Origin: a virus | Lineage: Duplodnaviria; Caudoviricetes | Direction: 5' to 3' (one strand) | IMG/VR virus record: IMGVR_UViG_3300046739_000328 | Coordinates: 1 to 29,790 of that record | Length of the DNA stretch: 29,790 nt | In this document: in pieces, positions 15,888-24,642 of the stretch | How the letters are laid out: the number at the start of each line of letters is the position of its first letter | Numbering within the stretch: the stretch's first letter is position 1 | Notes under the pieces: generated by a model | What the model saw: only the letters and a program-made list of their open reading frames with translations | The model's database searches: none | What the model was told of the DNA's origin: nothing | Program-made: the position numbers and the translations under genes

Positions 15888-17269
15888 TGCTCTCCCCCCG
15901 GACCGCCCTCCGTCGCTGGCTGGGCGTCGAGAAAGCCGCGCCGCCGACCGATCTCATTACGCATATCTCTGGCGGCTGGTGGCCCGTCATCCGTGAGAGC
16001 TTCGCCGGCGCCTGGCAGCGCGGCATCGTCGTCGGCGTCGAAGAGGCGGCGACGCATCCGACGGTGTGGTCCTGCGTGACGCTCATCGCCGGCGACATCG
16101 CGAAGTGCCGGCCGAAGCTCGTCCAGGAGGACAGTGACGACATCGAGACCGAAGTCGACAACGCCGCCTACTCGCCGGTCTTGCGGCGGCCGAATCACTT
16201 CCAGAACCGCATTCAGTTCTACGAGTCGTGGGTGCTCTCGAAGCTGCTGCGCGGCAACGCGTACGCGCTGAAGGTGCGGGACGGCCGCGGGGTCGTGACC
16301 GATCTCTATCTGCTCGACCCGATGCGCGTGCAGCCGATGGTGACGCCCGCCGGCGACGTCTACTACGCGCTGCAGCAGGACGTGCTGGCCGGCGTGACCG
16401 AGGCCTCGGTCGTCGTCCCCGCGAGCGAACTCATCCACGACACGATGTATGCGCTCTATCACCCGCTCGTCGGGCTGTCGCCGATTTACGCCTGCGGCCA
16501 TGCCGCGATGGAAGGCCTCGCGATCATCAACAACGCGACGCAGCTCTTCAAGCACGGGTCGCAGATCGGCGGCGTGCTGACGGCGCCCAAGCAAATCAGC
16601 GCCGAGACCGCGGCGCGACTCGAGAAGTACTGGCAGGAGAACTACGCCGGCGAAAAGAACATCGGCAAGGTCGCGGTCCTCGGCGATGGGCTGACCTTCG
16701 AGAAGCCGCCGGTGATGTCGGCGGTCGATGCGCAGCTGATCGATCAACTGCACTGGGGCGACGAGAAGATCTGCGGCGTCTACCACGTGCCGCCGTTCAT
16801 GGTCGGCGTCGGGCCGCTGCCCAGCTACAACAACGTCGAGGCGCTCGGGCAGCTCTATTACGGCCAGTGCCTGCAGATTCACTTCGAATCGCTCGAGCTC
16901 TGCCTGACGGAAGGCCTCGAGCTGAAAACGCCCTATGAAGTCGAATTCGACATCGAGGCGCTGGATCGCATGGATTCGGTGCAACGGATGGAGGTCGCGA
17001 CGAAGGGCGTGATCGGCGGCATCTACAAGCCGAACGACGCGCGCGCGAAGTTCAACCTGCCACCCGTGCCGGGCGGCGACCAGGTCTATCTGCAAAAACA
17101 GAACTGGCCGCTCGAGAAGCTCGGGAGCGACAACGTCAAACCGCCGGTGACGCCCGGGCCACCGCCGCCGCCGCAGGATGGCGCGCCGCAAGACGGGCCC
17201 CCGGCGAAGGCCGTCGCCGTCGATTACGACGAGGTCCTCGACCTGGTGCTGAAGGAGTTCGCGGCATGA
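15887..17269 (+). CDS. Portal protein, HK97 family
   Basis: VWSCVTLIAGDIAK, RPN.FQ, LLRGNAY, GLSPI, PNDARAK.NLPPVPGGD. Confidence 0.96.
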   Translation: MLSPRTALRRWLGVEKAAPPTDLITHISGGWWPVIRESFAGAWQRGIVVGVEEAATHPTVWSCVTLIAGDIAKCRPKLVQEDSDDIETEVDNAAYSPVLRRPNHFQNRIQFYESWVLSKLLRGNAYALKVRDGRGVVTDLYLLDPMRVQPMVTPAGDVYYALQQDVLAGVTEASVVVPASELIHDTMYALYHPLVGLSPIYACGHAAMEGLAIINNATQLFKHGSQIGGVLTAPKQISAETAARLEKYWQENYAGEKNIGKVAVLGDGLTFEKPPVMSAVDAQLIDQLHWGDEKICGVYHVPPFMVGVGPLPSYNNVEALGQLYYGQCLQIHFESLELCLTEGLELKTPYEVEFDIEALDRMDSVQRMEVATKGVIGGIYKPNDARAKFNLPPVPGGDQVYLQKQNWPLEKLGSDNVKPPVTPGPPPPPQDGAPQDGPPAKAVAVDYDEVLDLVLKEFAA

Positions 17270-17898
17270 CCGAGAGCGAGCGGCTCGCGAACGTGATCAG
17301 CGTGGCTGTGCGCAGCGCGACGGCGCCGCTCTGCGAACGGCTCACCGTCCTCGAAGCGCGCAGCGCCGTCCCTGGGCCCCCCGGGCCGCCTGGCGCCAGC
17401 GGCGCGGACGGGCCGCCCGGCCCCGCCGGTCCCGAAGGCACACCGGGACGCGATGGGCAGCCGGGCGTGGCCGGCCGCGATGGCGCGCCAGGCGCCCGAG
17501 GTGAGCCCGGCGAGCGGGGCGCGGATGGCGTTCACGGCCGCGACGGCACGCTCGAGACGCTGCGGGTCGAGCCGCTCGACGACCGCACGATCCGGTTCGT
17601 CCGCGCCGACGGGACCCCGGTGCCCGGCGGCGAGCGGCTCGCCTTCCCCGTGCCGCTCGACGAAGGTGTCTTCAAGCCCGACCAGAGCTACGCGCGCGGC
17701 GCCGGCGTGACGCACGCGGGGTCGTTCTGGATTGCCCAACGGGCGACACACGGGGCGCAGGAGCGACCGGGCGACGGCTCCGGGGCCTGGCGCCTGGCCG
17801 TCAAGGCGGGCCGCCAGGGGGCCGAGGGGAAGGCCGGGCCGGCCGGTCCGCGCGGGCCGGCGGGTGAGCCTGGGCCGCCCGGAAGGACGTACGCGTGA
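17266..17898 (+). CDS. Collagen-like (Gly-X-Y) virion protein
   Basis: Two GXY tracts flanking Y.RG.GVTH.GSFWIA...PG.GS.AW.LAVK.GR.G. Confidence 0.85.
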   Translation: MTESERLANVISVAVRSATAPLCERLTVLEARSAVPGPPGPPGASGADGPPGPAGPEGTPGRDGQPGVAGRDGAPGARGEPGERGADGVHGRDGTLETLRVEPLDDRTIRFVRADGTPVPGGERLAFPVPLDEGVFKPDQSYARGAGVTHAGSFWIAQRATHGAQERPGDGSGAWRLAVKAGRQGAEGKAGPAGPRGPAGEPGPPGRTYA

Positions 17899-18515
17899 GG
17901 CCCTCCGTGCCGCGTCTGTGGCCGGGCGCAACGATCGTCTGCCTCGGCGGCGGGCCGAGCCTCACGCTCGATGACGTCACGGCGGTCCGCGGCCGTGCGC
18001 GGGTGATCGCCATCAACGACGCCTACCGGCTCGCGCCCTGGGCCGACATCCTCTACGCGTGTGACCAGCAGTGGTGGAGCTGGCACGCCGGCGTGCCGTC
18101 GTTTCCCGGCCCGAAGTACGGCCTCGCCGGGTCGATTCCGATCACCTGGCCCGACGTCCAGGTCCTCGAGAACACCGGCTGGACGGGGCTCGAGCTCGCG
18201 CCGACGGGGCTGCGCGCCGGCCACAACAGCGGCTACCAGGCGGTCAACCTCGCCGTGCATCTCGGCGCCGCGCGCGTGTTGCTGCTCGGCTACGACTTGG
18301 GGCCCGACGGCGACCGGACGCACTGGTTCGGCGAGCATCCGAGCCTGGTGCCGTCGCCCTACGCGGAGATGCGCGCGGCCTTCGAGACCATCGTCGCGCC
18401 GCTCGCAGAGATTGGCGTCGAGGTGCTGAACTGTTCGCGGCGCACGGTGCTGACGGCGTTCCCGTGTGTGGCGCTCGAGGACGCGCTCGCGGTCGCGACG
18501 GAGCGGGTCGCATGA
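17895..18515 (+). CDS. DUF115/MAF-like (sialyltransferase-type fold) putative glycosyltransferase
   Basis: IVCLGGGPSL, IAIND, NSGYQAVNLA.HLGA.RVLLLGYD, VLNCS. Confidence 0.75.
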   Translation: MRPSVPRLWPGATIVCLGGGPSLTLDDVTAVRGRARVIAINDAYRLAPWADILYACDQQWWSWHAGVPSFPGPKYGLAGSIPITWPDVQVLENTGWTGLELAPTGLRAGHNSGYQAVNLAVHLGAARVLLLGYDLGPDGDRTHWFGEHPSLVPSPYAEMRAAFETIVAPLAEIGVEVLNCSRRTVLTAFPCVALEDALAVATERVA

Positions 18516-19423
18516 CGCGCGTCTTCGGCGTCGACTACCAGTTTCTCTCGTGCGGCGACGTGTTCACCGAGGGGCTCGCGCACGCCGCGGCGGATCTCGG
18601 CCTCGCCTACGCGCACGCCGACTGGGCGGCGCCCGACCTCGCGTTCCAGATCGAGACCTTCGCGCCCGATCTCATCTTCGTCGTCCACGGCCGCCGCTTC
18701 GCGCAGCGGTTCTACAACCTCAAGGGCTTCGGCGTGCCGACGGCCGTGTGGCTCCTCGACGAGCCCTACGAGGTCGACGACACCGCGGCCTGGTCGTCGC
18801 GTTTTGACCACGTGTTCGTGAATGACGTCGCGACGCTCGACCGCCACCCGCGCGCCGCGCGGCTGCCGGTCTGCTACGACCCGCACGTGCACCAGCCGGC
18901 CGGCCTCGAGCGGCCGTTCCGCGTCGGCTTCATCGGCGGCGGCAACCCGACCCGCGACGCCGTGCTCGGCGCGCTCGCCCGTGCCGGCCTCCTCGACTAC
19001 GTCGTGGGCGGCGCGTGGGACGACCCGGACGTGGCGCGGCGCTGCGTGAGCCCGGGCATCATCGCGTGCGAGACGGCGCGCTACTACCAGAGCACGCGGA
19101 TCGTGGTGAACGTCTTCCGCGATCGGCACCACTTCAACCGCAACGCGATCCCCGCGACCGCGATGAACCCGCGCATCTATGAGGCGCTGGCCTGCGGCGC
19201 GCTGGTCGTCAGCGAATGGCGCCCCGAGCTCGCCCGGGTGCCGGACCTGCCGACCTTCGATCGTCCGGCTGAGTGTGTCGCCCTGGTGCGCACCCTGCTC
19301 GCGGCCGAGGCCGACGAGGTCGAGCGCCTGCGCGGGCGCTGCGCGGTGGCGCTCGCCGACGACACCTACGCGGCGCGGCTCCAGACCGTGCTGACGGTCA
19401 TGCGCGCCGAGGTGGCGGCATGA
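18512..19423 (+). CDS. CgeB-like GT-B glycosyltransferase
   Basis: AVWLLDEPY, VGFIG, RIVVN, NPRIYEALACG, TYAAR. Confidence 0.85.
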   Translation: MTRVFGVDYQFLSCGDVFTEGLAHAAADLGLAYAHADWAAPDLAFQIETFAPDLIFVVHGRRFAQRFYNLKGFGVPTAVWLLDEPYEVDDTAAWSSRFDHVFVNDVATLDRHPRAARLPVCYDPHVHQPAGLERPFRVGFIGGGNPTRDAVLGALARAGLLDYVVGGAWDDPDVARRCVSPGIIACETARYYQSTRIVVNVFRDRHHFNRNAIPATAMNPRIYEALACGALVVSEWRPELARVPDLPTFDRPAECVALVRTLLAAEADEVERLRGRCAVALADDTYAARLQTVLTVMRAEVAA

Positions 19424-20046
19424 CGCCCCGCGTCACCATCGTGACGACGGTCTACGACCGCATGGACTGCCTCGCGCGGTGTCTGCGGGCGACCAAGCAG
19501 AGCACGTGCGCCGATCACGAGCAGCTCGTCGTGTCCGACGCGCCGGGCCCGGCGATCGAAGACCGCATCGACGCGATCGTCGCCGGCCTCGACGACCCGC
19601 GGGTGCGCCATCTGCGCCGGTCGGACCGCGCGAACGACTGGGGCATGAGCCCGGCCTTCGACGGGCTGCGGGCCGCGGCGGGCGAGTTCGTCTGCTTTCT
19701 CTCCGACGACAACGCGTATCTGCCCAACCATTTTTCACCGCTCGTCGACGCGCTCGACCGCGACCCCGATCTCGGCTTCGTCTACGCCTCCTGCCAGTAC
19801 GCCGCGTTCCGCGAGCTCCGCACGGCGCCGCCGGCCGGGTCGCAGATCGATCTCGGCCAGCCGCTCTTCCGCACGACCGTCCTGCGCACCGCGTTCCCGC
19901 ACGGGTTTCCGTTCCAGGAATTTGCGTGGGACTGGCGCGTGATTCACGTGCTGTTGCTGCTCGGCGTGCGCTGGCAGCACATCGACACGGCGTCGTTCAT
20001 CTTCCGCCTGGCCGCGTACCCCGAGCACCTCGAGGCGCTCCGATGA
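19420..20046 (+). CDS. GT2-family glycosyltransferase
   Basis: VTIVTTVYDR, LVVSD, GEFVCFLSDDN, DW. Confidence 0.9.
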   Translation: MTPRVTIVTTVYDRMDCLARCLRATKQSTCADHEQLVVSDAPGPAIEDRIDAIVAGLDDPRVRHLRRSDRANDWGMSPAFDGLRAAAGEFVCFLSDDNAYLPNHFSPLVDALDRDPDLGFVYASCQYAAFRELRTAPPAGSQIDLGQPLFRTTVLRTAFPHGFPFQEFAWDWRVIHVLLLLGVRWQHIDTASFIFRLAAYPEHLEALR

Positions 20047-20771
20047 CGACGCTGCATGTCTGCGCGATCGTCCGCGACGAAGGGCTGTATCTCGCGGAGT
20101 GGCTGACGCACTACCGCACGCAGGGCGTCACGCGCTTCTGGCTCTACGACAACGAGTCGACCGATGGCGGGCTCGACGGCCTCGGCATCGACGTGGTGGT
20201 CGAGCCGTGGCCCGGCCGCGGCGTCCAGCTCGCCGCCTATCGGCACGGGCTGCTGCGGGGCGCGGCGGACTGGCTGGCGTTTCTCGACGTCGACGAGTTT
20301 CTCTATCACCCCGACGGCCGGCGCGTCCTCGATGTCCTGGCGGCGCAGCCGCCGGCGGTCGACGCGGTCTGGGCGCCGTGGCGCATGTTCGGCTACGGCG
20401 GGCACCTGACCCGCCCGGCGGGCTCCGTGGTGCAGGCGTTCCGTACCCGCGCGGCCGACGACCATCCGCATCACGCCTACGCGCATGGCGGCAAGTCGAT
20501 CGCGCGCCCGTCGCAGGTGCGGGCCTTCCTGGACCCGCATCATCTGCGCCTGGCCAACGGCGACAGCCATCGCGTCAACGACAGCGGGCTGCTGGTGAAT
20601 CACTACGTGACGAAGAGTCGCGACGAGGCGCTCGTCAAGATCCAGCGGCCGCGCATCGACACCGGGTGGTATCGCGCCTGGCCAGAGGTGGACGGCGACG
20701 CGCAGACCTATGGGGCGGTCCGTGACGACCGCCTCGCGCAGCTCACCGCGGGAGTCCTCCATGCGTCCTGA
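20043..20771 (+). CDS. GT92/GT2-like (GT-A) glycosyltransferase
   Basis: CAIVRDEGLYLAEWL.HY, YDNESTD, WLAFLDVDEF, KSI, NHY.TKS. Confidence 0.88.
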   Translation: MTTLHVCAIVRDEGLYLAEWLTHYRTQGVTRFWLYDNESTDGGLDGLGIDVVVEPWPGRGVQLAAYRHGLLRGAADWLAFLDVDEFLYHPDGRRVLDVLAAQPPAVDAVWAPWRMFGYGGHLTRPAGSVVQAFRTRAADDHPHHAYAHGGKSIARPSQVRAFLDPHHLRLANGDSHRVNDSGLLVNHYVTKSRDEALVKIQRPRIDTGWYRAWPEVDGDAQTYGAVRDDRLAQLTAGVLHAS

Positions 20772-21336
20772 GCTGCAGGACCTCCCGGCCGGCTGGTTTC
20801 ATCACGGCGAGAAGATTCTCGCCCTGGTCGAGGCGCACCGGCCGCGCGTCTGCGTCGAGCTCGGGACGCACAAGGGGGCGTCGGCGATCGGGCTGACGCG
20901 GCTCCTGCGTACGTGGGGCGGGCACCTGGTCTGCGTCGACAGCTGGAACCCCGTCTTTTCCGGTGAGTCCGGCGTGCTCGCCATGTGCGCGGCGAACCTG
21001 CAGGCCGCCGGCGTCGCGCCGTGGGTGCGCCTCATCCTGGCCACGACGGCCGAGGCCGCGGCGGCGTGGCGGGACGGGCCGATCGATTACCTCTACATCG
21101 ATGCCGACCACTCGCGCGAGGGCTGCGCCGCCGACCTGGCGGCCTGGTGGCCGCACGTGCGGGAGGGCGGCCTGGTCGCCGGCGACGACTACGACAACCC
21201 GGACAGCCCGGGGGTCGCGGAGGCCTGGGACACCTTCGAACGCACGCACGGGCAGACCTTCGAGCGGTTCGCGACGCCGAACACGGCGCCGCTCGGGATG
21301 CGGCTGGTCTACGGGACGAAGCGGAGTGCGGCATGA
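20761..21336 (+). CDS. Class I SAM-dependent methyltransferase (Methyltransf_24-like)
   Basis: VELGTHKGAS, CVDSW, IDYLYIDADH, GGLVAGDDY. Confidence 0.9.
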   Translation: MRPELQDLPAGWFHHGEKILALVEAHRPRVCVELGTHKGASAIGLTRLLRTWGGHLVCVDSWNPVFSGESGVLAMCAANLQAAGVAPWVRLILATTAEAAAAWRDGPIDYLYIDADHSREGCAADLAAWWPHVREGGLVAGDDYDNPDSPGVAEAWDTFERTHGQTFERFATPNTAPLGMRLVYGTKRSAA

Positions 21337-22073
21337 GGCAGACCGAGCTCCGCATCACCGACTCGCTCGTGAGCACGGTCGCGGCCGGCTCGCCGCCGGT
21401 CTCGGCGTTGACGCTCGACTACGCCAAGCAGCACATCCGCGCGCTCGGCACCGTCGACGACGTCCTGACGGCGGTCTACATCGACGCCGCGGCCTCCTAC
21501 TTCGAAGAGCAGACCGGGCGGCAGCTGCTCACGGCGACGCGGGAAGCGTGGCTCGATGCGTTCCCGTTTGTCGGGGCGAGCGGGATGCGCGCGCGCATTG
21601 AACTACCGCGGCCGCCGCTGCAGAAAGTGCTCGACGTGCGCTATGTCGATGGCACGACCGGCGCCTGGCACTCGAGCCTCGGCGGCTCGCCGCCGGCGCC
21701 GCTCTTCGCCTACACGGCGCCGGTCGGCGACTACGCGCGCCGGGGCTTCGTCGAGCCGCTCTACGGGGCCAACTGGCCGCAGGCGCGGCCCCAGACGGCG
21801 GCCGTGCGCATCTCGTATACCTGCGGCTATGGCGCGTCGATGACAGCGATCCCGCCGCTCGTGCGGGGCGTGCTCTGCTATCTCGTCGCGCACTTCGATA
21901 CGTTCCGCGCCGCTGTGCACGAGGCCCGCCGCGGCGCCGTGCTCGAGCTCCCCTACGGCGTGCAGATGATGCTGGACGGCTTCAAGTACTCGGCCTATCC
22001 CTCGCAGCTGCTGCGCGAGATGCACTGGCCCGAGGGCGTCGCCGACAGCCTGGCCGGAGGGGCCCGATGGTAG
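21333..22073 (+). CDS. Head-tail connector (gp6-like)
   Basis: LTLDYAKQHIR...YIDAA..YFE..TGRQL...IELPRPPLQ...AVRISY.CGYG. Confidence 0.85.
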   Translation: MRQTELRITDSLVSTVAAGSPPVSALTLDYAKQHIRALGTVDDVLTAVYIDAAASYFEEQTGRQLLTATREAWLDAFPFVGASGMRARIELPRPPLQKVLDVRYVDGTTGAWHSSLGGSPPAPLFAYTAPVGDYARRGFVEPLYGANWPQARPQTAAVRISYTCGYGASMTAIPPLVRGVLCYLVAHFDTFRAAVHEARRGAVLELPYGVQMMLDGFKYSAYPSQLLREMHWPEGVADSLAGGARW

Positions 22074-22432
22074 CGATCGAGATCGGGTCGCTGCGCCAGC
22101 TCGCGACGCTGTCGAACCCGGGACCGCCTGCGATGGACGGCGACGGGAGTTACACGCAGACCTACGTGCCGCTCACTCCGCCGACCTGGCGCTGCGCCAT
22201 CGAGAAGGCGAGCGTGCAACAGTCGGAGAAGCACTTCGCGTCGACCGTGCTGTCGCACGCGACCTACATCTTCAGCGGCCGCTTCCATCCGCAGATCTCG
22301 TCGTTGCTGCCGACGCGCATCCAGTGGACGGACCGCGCCGGCATCGCGCACACCGGGACCGTGCTCGATGTCAACGACACCGAAGGGGCCGGCGTCGAAA
22401 CCGTCCTGCTCGTGACGGAGGTGGCCCAGTAA
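22067..22432 (+). CDS. Head closure/adaptor protein
   Basis: IGSLRQ..TL..P...DGDG.Y; synteny. Confidence 0.7.
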   Translation: MVAIEIGSLRQLATLSNPGPPAMDGDGSYTQTYVPLTPPTWRCAIEKASVQQSEKHFASTVLSHATYIFSGRFHPQISSLLPTRIQWTDRAGIAHTGTVLDVNDTEGAGVETVLLVTEVAQ

Positions 22433-22848
22433 TGGCGGCGCACGTCCGCTTTGAGGGGCTCGAGGAACTCCGCGCCGCGCTGCGCGCGTTGCCGGCGACG
22501 CTCGTCGGTGAAGCGACGGGCCTGGTGCAGGCGGCGGCCGAGAGCGCGAAGGCGGACATCGTCGCCGCCTATCCACGGCGCACCGGGAACTTGCGCGATC
22601 ACGTCCAGGTCACGACGCCCATCGCGAGCGCCGCCGGGGTCGTCGTCGTCCTGCGCAACACGTCGAAAGAGGCGCGGTACTTCGAGCACGGGTCGCAAGT
22701 GCGGCATACCGCCATCGGCGCCAATCGCGGATCGATGCCGCCCGGTCACGTGTTCGAGCCGCGCTACCAGAAGTGGCGGCGCCATATGTGGGACACGCTC
22801 GCGGATCTGCTGCGCCGCGAAGGCCTGAGCGTGAGCGGGACACCATGA
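22432..22848 (+). CDS. HK97 gp10-like neck protein
   Basis: GLEELRAALRAL...P.RTGNLR...YFEHG. Confidence 0.8.
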   Translation: MAAHVRFEGLEELRAALRALPATLVGEATGLVQAAAESAKADIVAAYPRRTGNLRDHVQVTTPIASAAGVVVVLRNTSKEARYFEHGSQVRHTAIGANRGSMPPGHVFEPRYQKWRRHMWDTLADLLRREGLSVSGTP

Positions 22849-23528
22849 GCCGCGCCCCCCGCGATTCGTCCGACATCGATAACGCGCTCGTCGCGTATCT
22901 CGCCTCCGACGTGGCGCTCCTGGCGCTCTGTCCGAACGGGATCTACATCGACGAGGCGCCGCCCGGCGCGCTGCAGTTTGTCATCGTCTCGGTCGTCGAC
23001 GCGGTCGACGAGGCGGTCTTCGGTGGCCGCGCGATCGAAGACATCCTCTATCTCGTCGAAGCGCGGATGCTCAGCACGACGCACGGCAACATCAAGGGCG
23101 CCGGCGCGCGCATCGACGCCCTGCTTGACGATCAGGTGCTCCCGCTCGGCTCGCCGTCGCGCGCGCCGGGCTACGTGCCGATCGCCATGTTTCGCGAAAC
23201 CCGGCTGCCGGGCCGCACGGAAGTCGACGAGGTCGACCCGTCGCTGCGCTGGTGGCGCCGCGGCGGCCAGTATCGACTGCAGATGGCGATCAACCCGTTC
23301 ACGGCGGTGGGGCCCGCCGTCACATCAACCGAGTCAGGGATCCCCCACAGGGTCACGACGGACACCAGAAGAGGGTACGCAGATGATCAAGACCGGACGG
23401 TACGGCACGGTGAAGTGGAACGCGGTGGCAGGCTCGCCGGTGACGCTCAAAACCATCGCCAGCCTGAATTCGTGGAAGCTGAGCCTCAAGACCACGAAGG
23501 AAGACGTCACCTGCTTCCAAGACCCTAA
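22845..23528 (+). CDS. Tail terminator/completion protein, with a long C-terminal extension
   Basis: ALVAYL.SD..L.AL...IYIDEAP..A..FVIV; synteny. The frame stays open into the tail tube gene. Confidence 0.65.
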   Translation: MSRAPRDSSDIDNALVAYLASDVALLALCPNGIYIDEAPPGALQFVIVSVVDAVDEAVFGGRAIEDILYLVEARMLSTTHGNIKGAGARIDALLDDQVLPLGSPSRAPGYVPIAMFRETRLPGRTEVDEVDPSLRWWRRGGQYRLQMAINPFTAVGPAVTSTESGIPHRVTTDTRRGYADDQDRTVRHGEVERGGRLAGDAQNHRQPEFVEAEPQDHEGRRHLLPRP

Positions 23529-23796
23529 CCACGTCTTCGTGCCGGGTATCCCTGAGATCAGCGGCAGCCTCGCCGGATTTTTCAATGGCTCCGAGCTCTC
23601 GCTGATTGCCGCCGCGGCGACCGGCACCGCGCCCGGGCAGCTCGCCCTCGGCCACAACTCCTTCGAGCCGAGCCTCGTGTTCTCCGGGCCGGCCTACATG
23701 GACGCCGACATCGACTGCACGCTCGCGGCGCCGAAACTCTCCGGGACGTTCGCCGCCGCCGGGCCGTGGACGATTCCGACCGTGCCGGTGCCCTGA
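23383..23796 (+). CDS. Major tail (tube) protein
   Basis: W.LSL....EDVTCFQD....VPGI..ISGSL.GF; GAGGG RBS. Confidence 0.8.
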   Translation: MIKTGRYGTVKWNAVAGSPVTLKTIASLNSWKLSLKTTKEDVTCFQDPNHVFVPGIPEISGSLAGFFNGSELSLIAAAATGTAPGQLALGHNSFEPSLVFSGPAYMDADIDCTLAAPKLSGTFAAAGPWTIPTVPVP

Positions 23797-23808
23797 TCGG
23801 GGCCGGCC

Positions 23809-24081
23809 ATGTTTCGGTCGCTTCAGCTGCACGGCCCGGCGGCGACCCTCGTGTGGGGGTATCAAACCGCCGCGGATCTGCGCGGGTGGCGCATTGTGAA
23901 GGACGCGAACGGGTGGACCTTGACCGCCACGCTCGCGTCGCTCAATGGCTACGCCTCGCGCCGGACCCCGCTCTATTTCACGGCGCCGCGCGACCAGGGA
24001 CGCTGGTGCTTCCCGGTCGCCGGCGAGCTCGTCATCACCGGCACGGCGCTGACCGTGCCCCTGGCCGACCCGGAACAGTAA
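23809..24081 (+). CDS. Hypothetical tail-region protein
   Basis: 90-aa ORF filling the operon gap. Confidence 0.6.
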   Translation: MFRSLQLHGPAATLVWGYQTAADLRGWRIVKDANGWTLTATLASLNGYASRRTPLYFTAPRDQGRWCFPVAGELVITGTALTVPLADPEQ

Positions 24082-24091
24082 CAGGACTGGT

Positions 24092-24547
24092 ATGCCCTCA
24101 CGCTTCGTCTCCCCGCAGACCACCACGCTCAAGCTCTCGAACGGCGACACGCTGACCGTCAAACGTCGGCTGAATTTCGGCGAACAGACGGACCAGCTCG
24201 CGGCGATGGCGAGCGCGCCGCTCCCCGGCGAAACCACCATGCGGGCCAACCCGTTCGAGATCGGGATCGCGATGGTGCTCGCCTATCTCCTCGACTGGTC
24301 GCTCACCGATGAGGACGGCGTCCACGTCGAGATTCGCGATAAACCGCGCGAAGAGGTGCGGTCCATCCTCCGGCAACTCGACCCGCTGGACTTTCAGGAA
24401 ATCCGCGTCGCGGTCGAGACGCACGTCGCGGCCCAGGACCAGCTGCGGGAGGCGGAAAAAAACGGCCAGGGTGGCGGGAGCGCATTGCCAGCAACCTCGC
24501 CATCGCTCGTCGCTGTCGCTGGCGGTATGAGTGGGTCACTGAGCTAG
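24092..24547 (+). CDS. Tail assembly chaperone (gpG-like)
   Basis: Between tube and tape measure; LLDWSLTDEDG; ...EKN slippery site. Confidence 0.8.
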   Translation: MPSRFVSPQTTTLKLSNGDTLTVKRRLNFGEQTDQLAAMASAPLPGETTMRANPFEIGIAMVLAYLLDWSLTDEDGVHVEIRDKPREEVRSILRQLDPLDFQEIRVAVETHVAAQDQLREAEKNGQGGGSALPATSPSLVAVAGGMSGSLS

Positions 24548-24636
24548 ACCCCGACATCTATCAAGTCTTGCTCGAGCAGCTGCGCGACGAAGATGCGGCG
24601 GTCGAGCGCGCGCACGATCCTGACGATCTGGGGTAG
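24457..24636 (+). CDS. -1 frameshift extension of the tail chaperone (gpGT-like)
   Basis: A AAA AAC heptamer at 24457-24463; the -1 frame reads KKRPGWRERIASNL...WVTELDPDIYQVLLEQL...DLG* and ends 6 nt before the tape measure ATG. Confidence 0.8.
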   Translation, partial: KKRPGWRERIASNLAIARRCRWRYEWVTELDPDIYQVLLEQLRDEDAAVERAHDPDDLG

Positions 24637-24642
24637 ACACCA

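Noticed and set aside
17370-17885. GC-rich 9-nt periodic repeats
   Set aside because: Explained by collagen Gly-X-Y coding.
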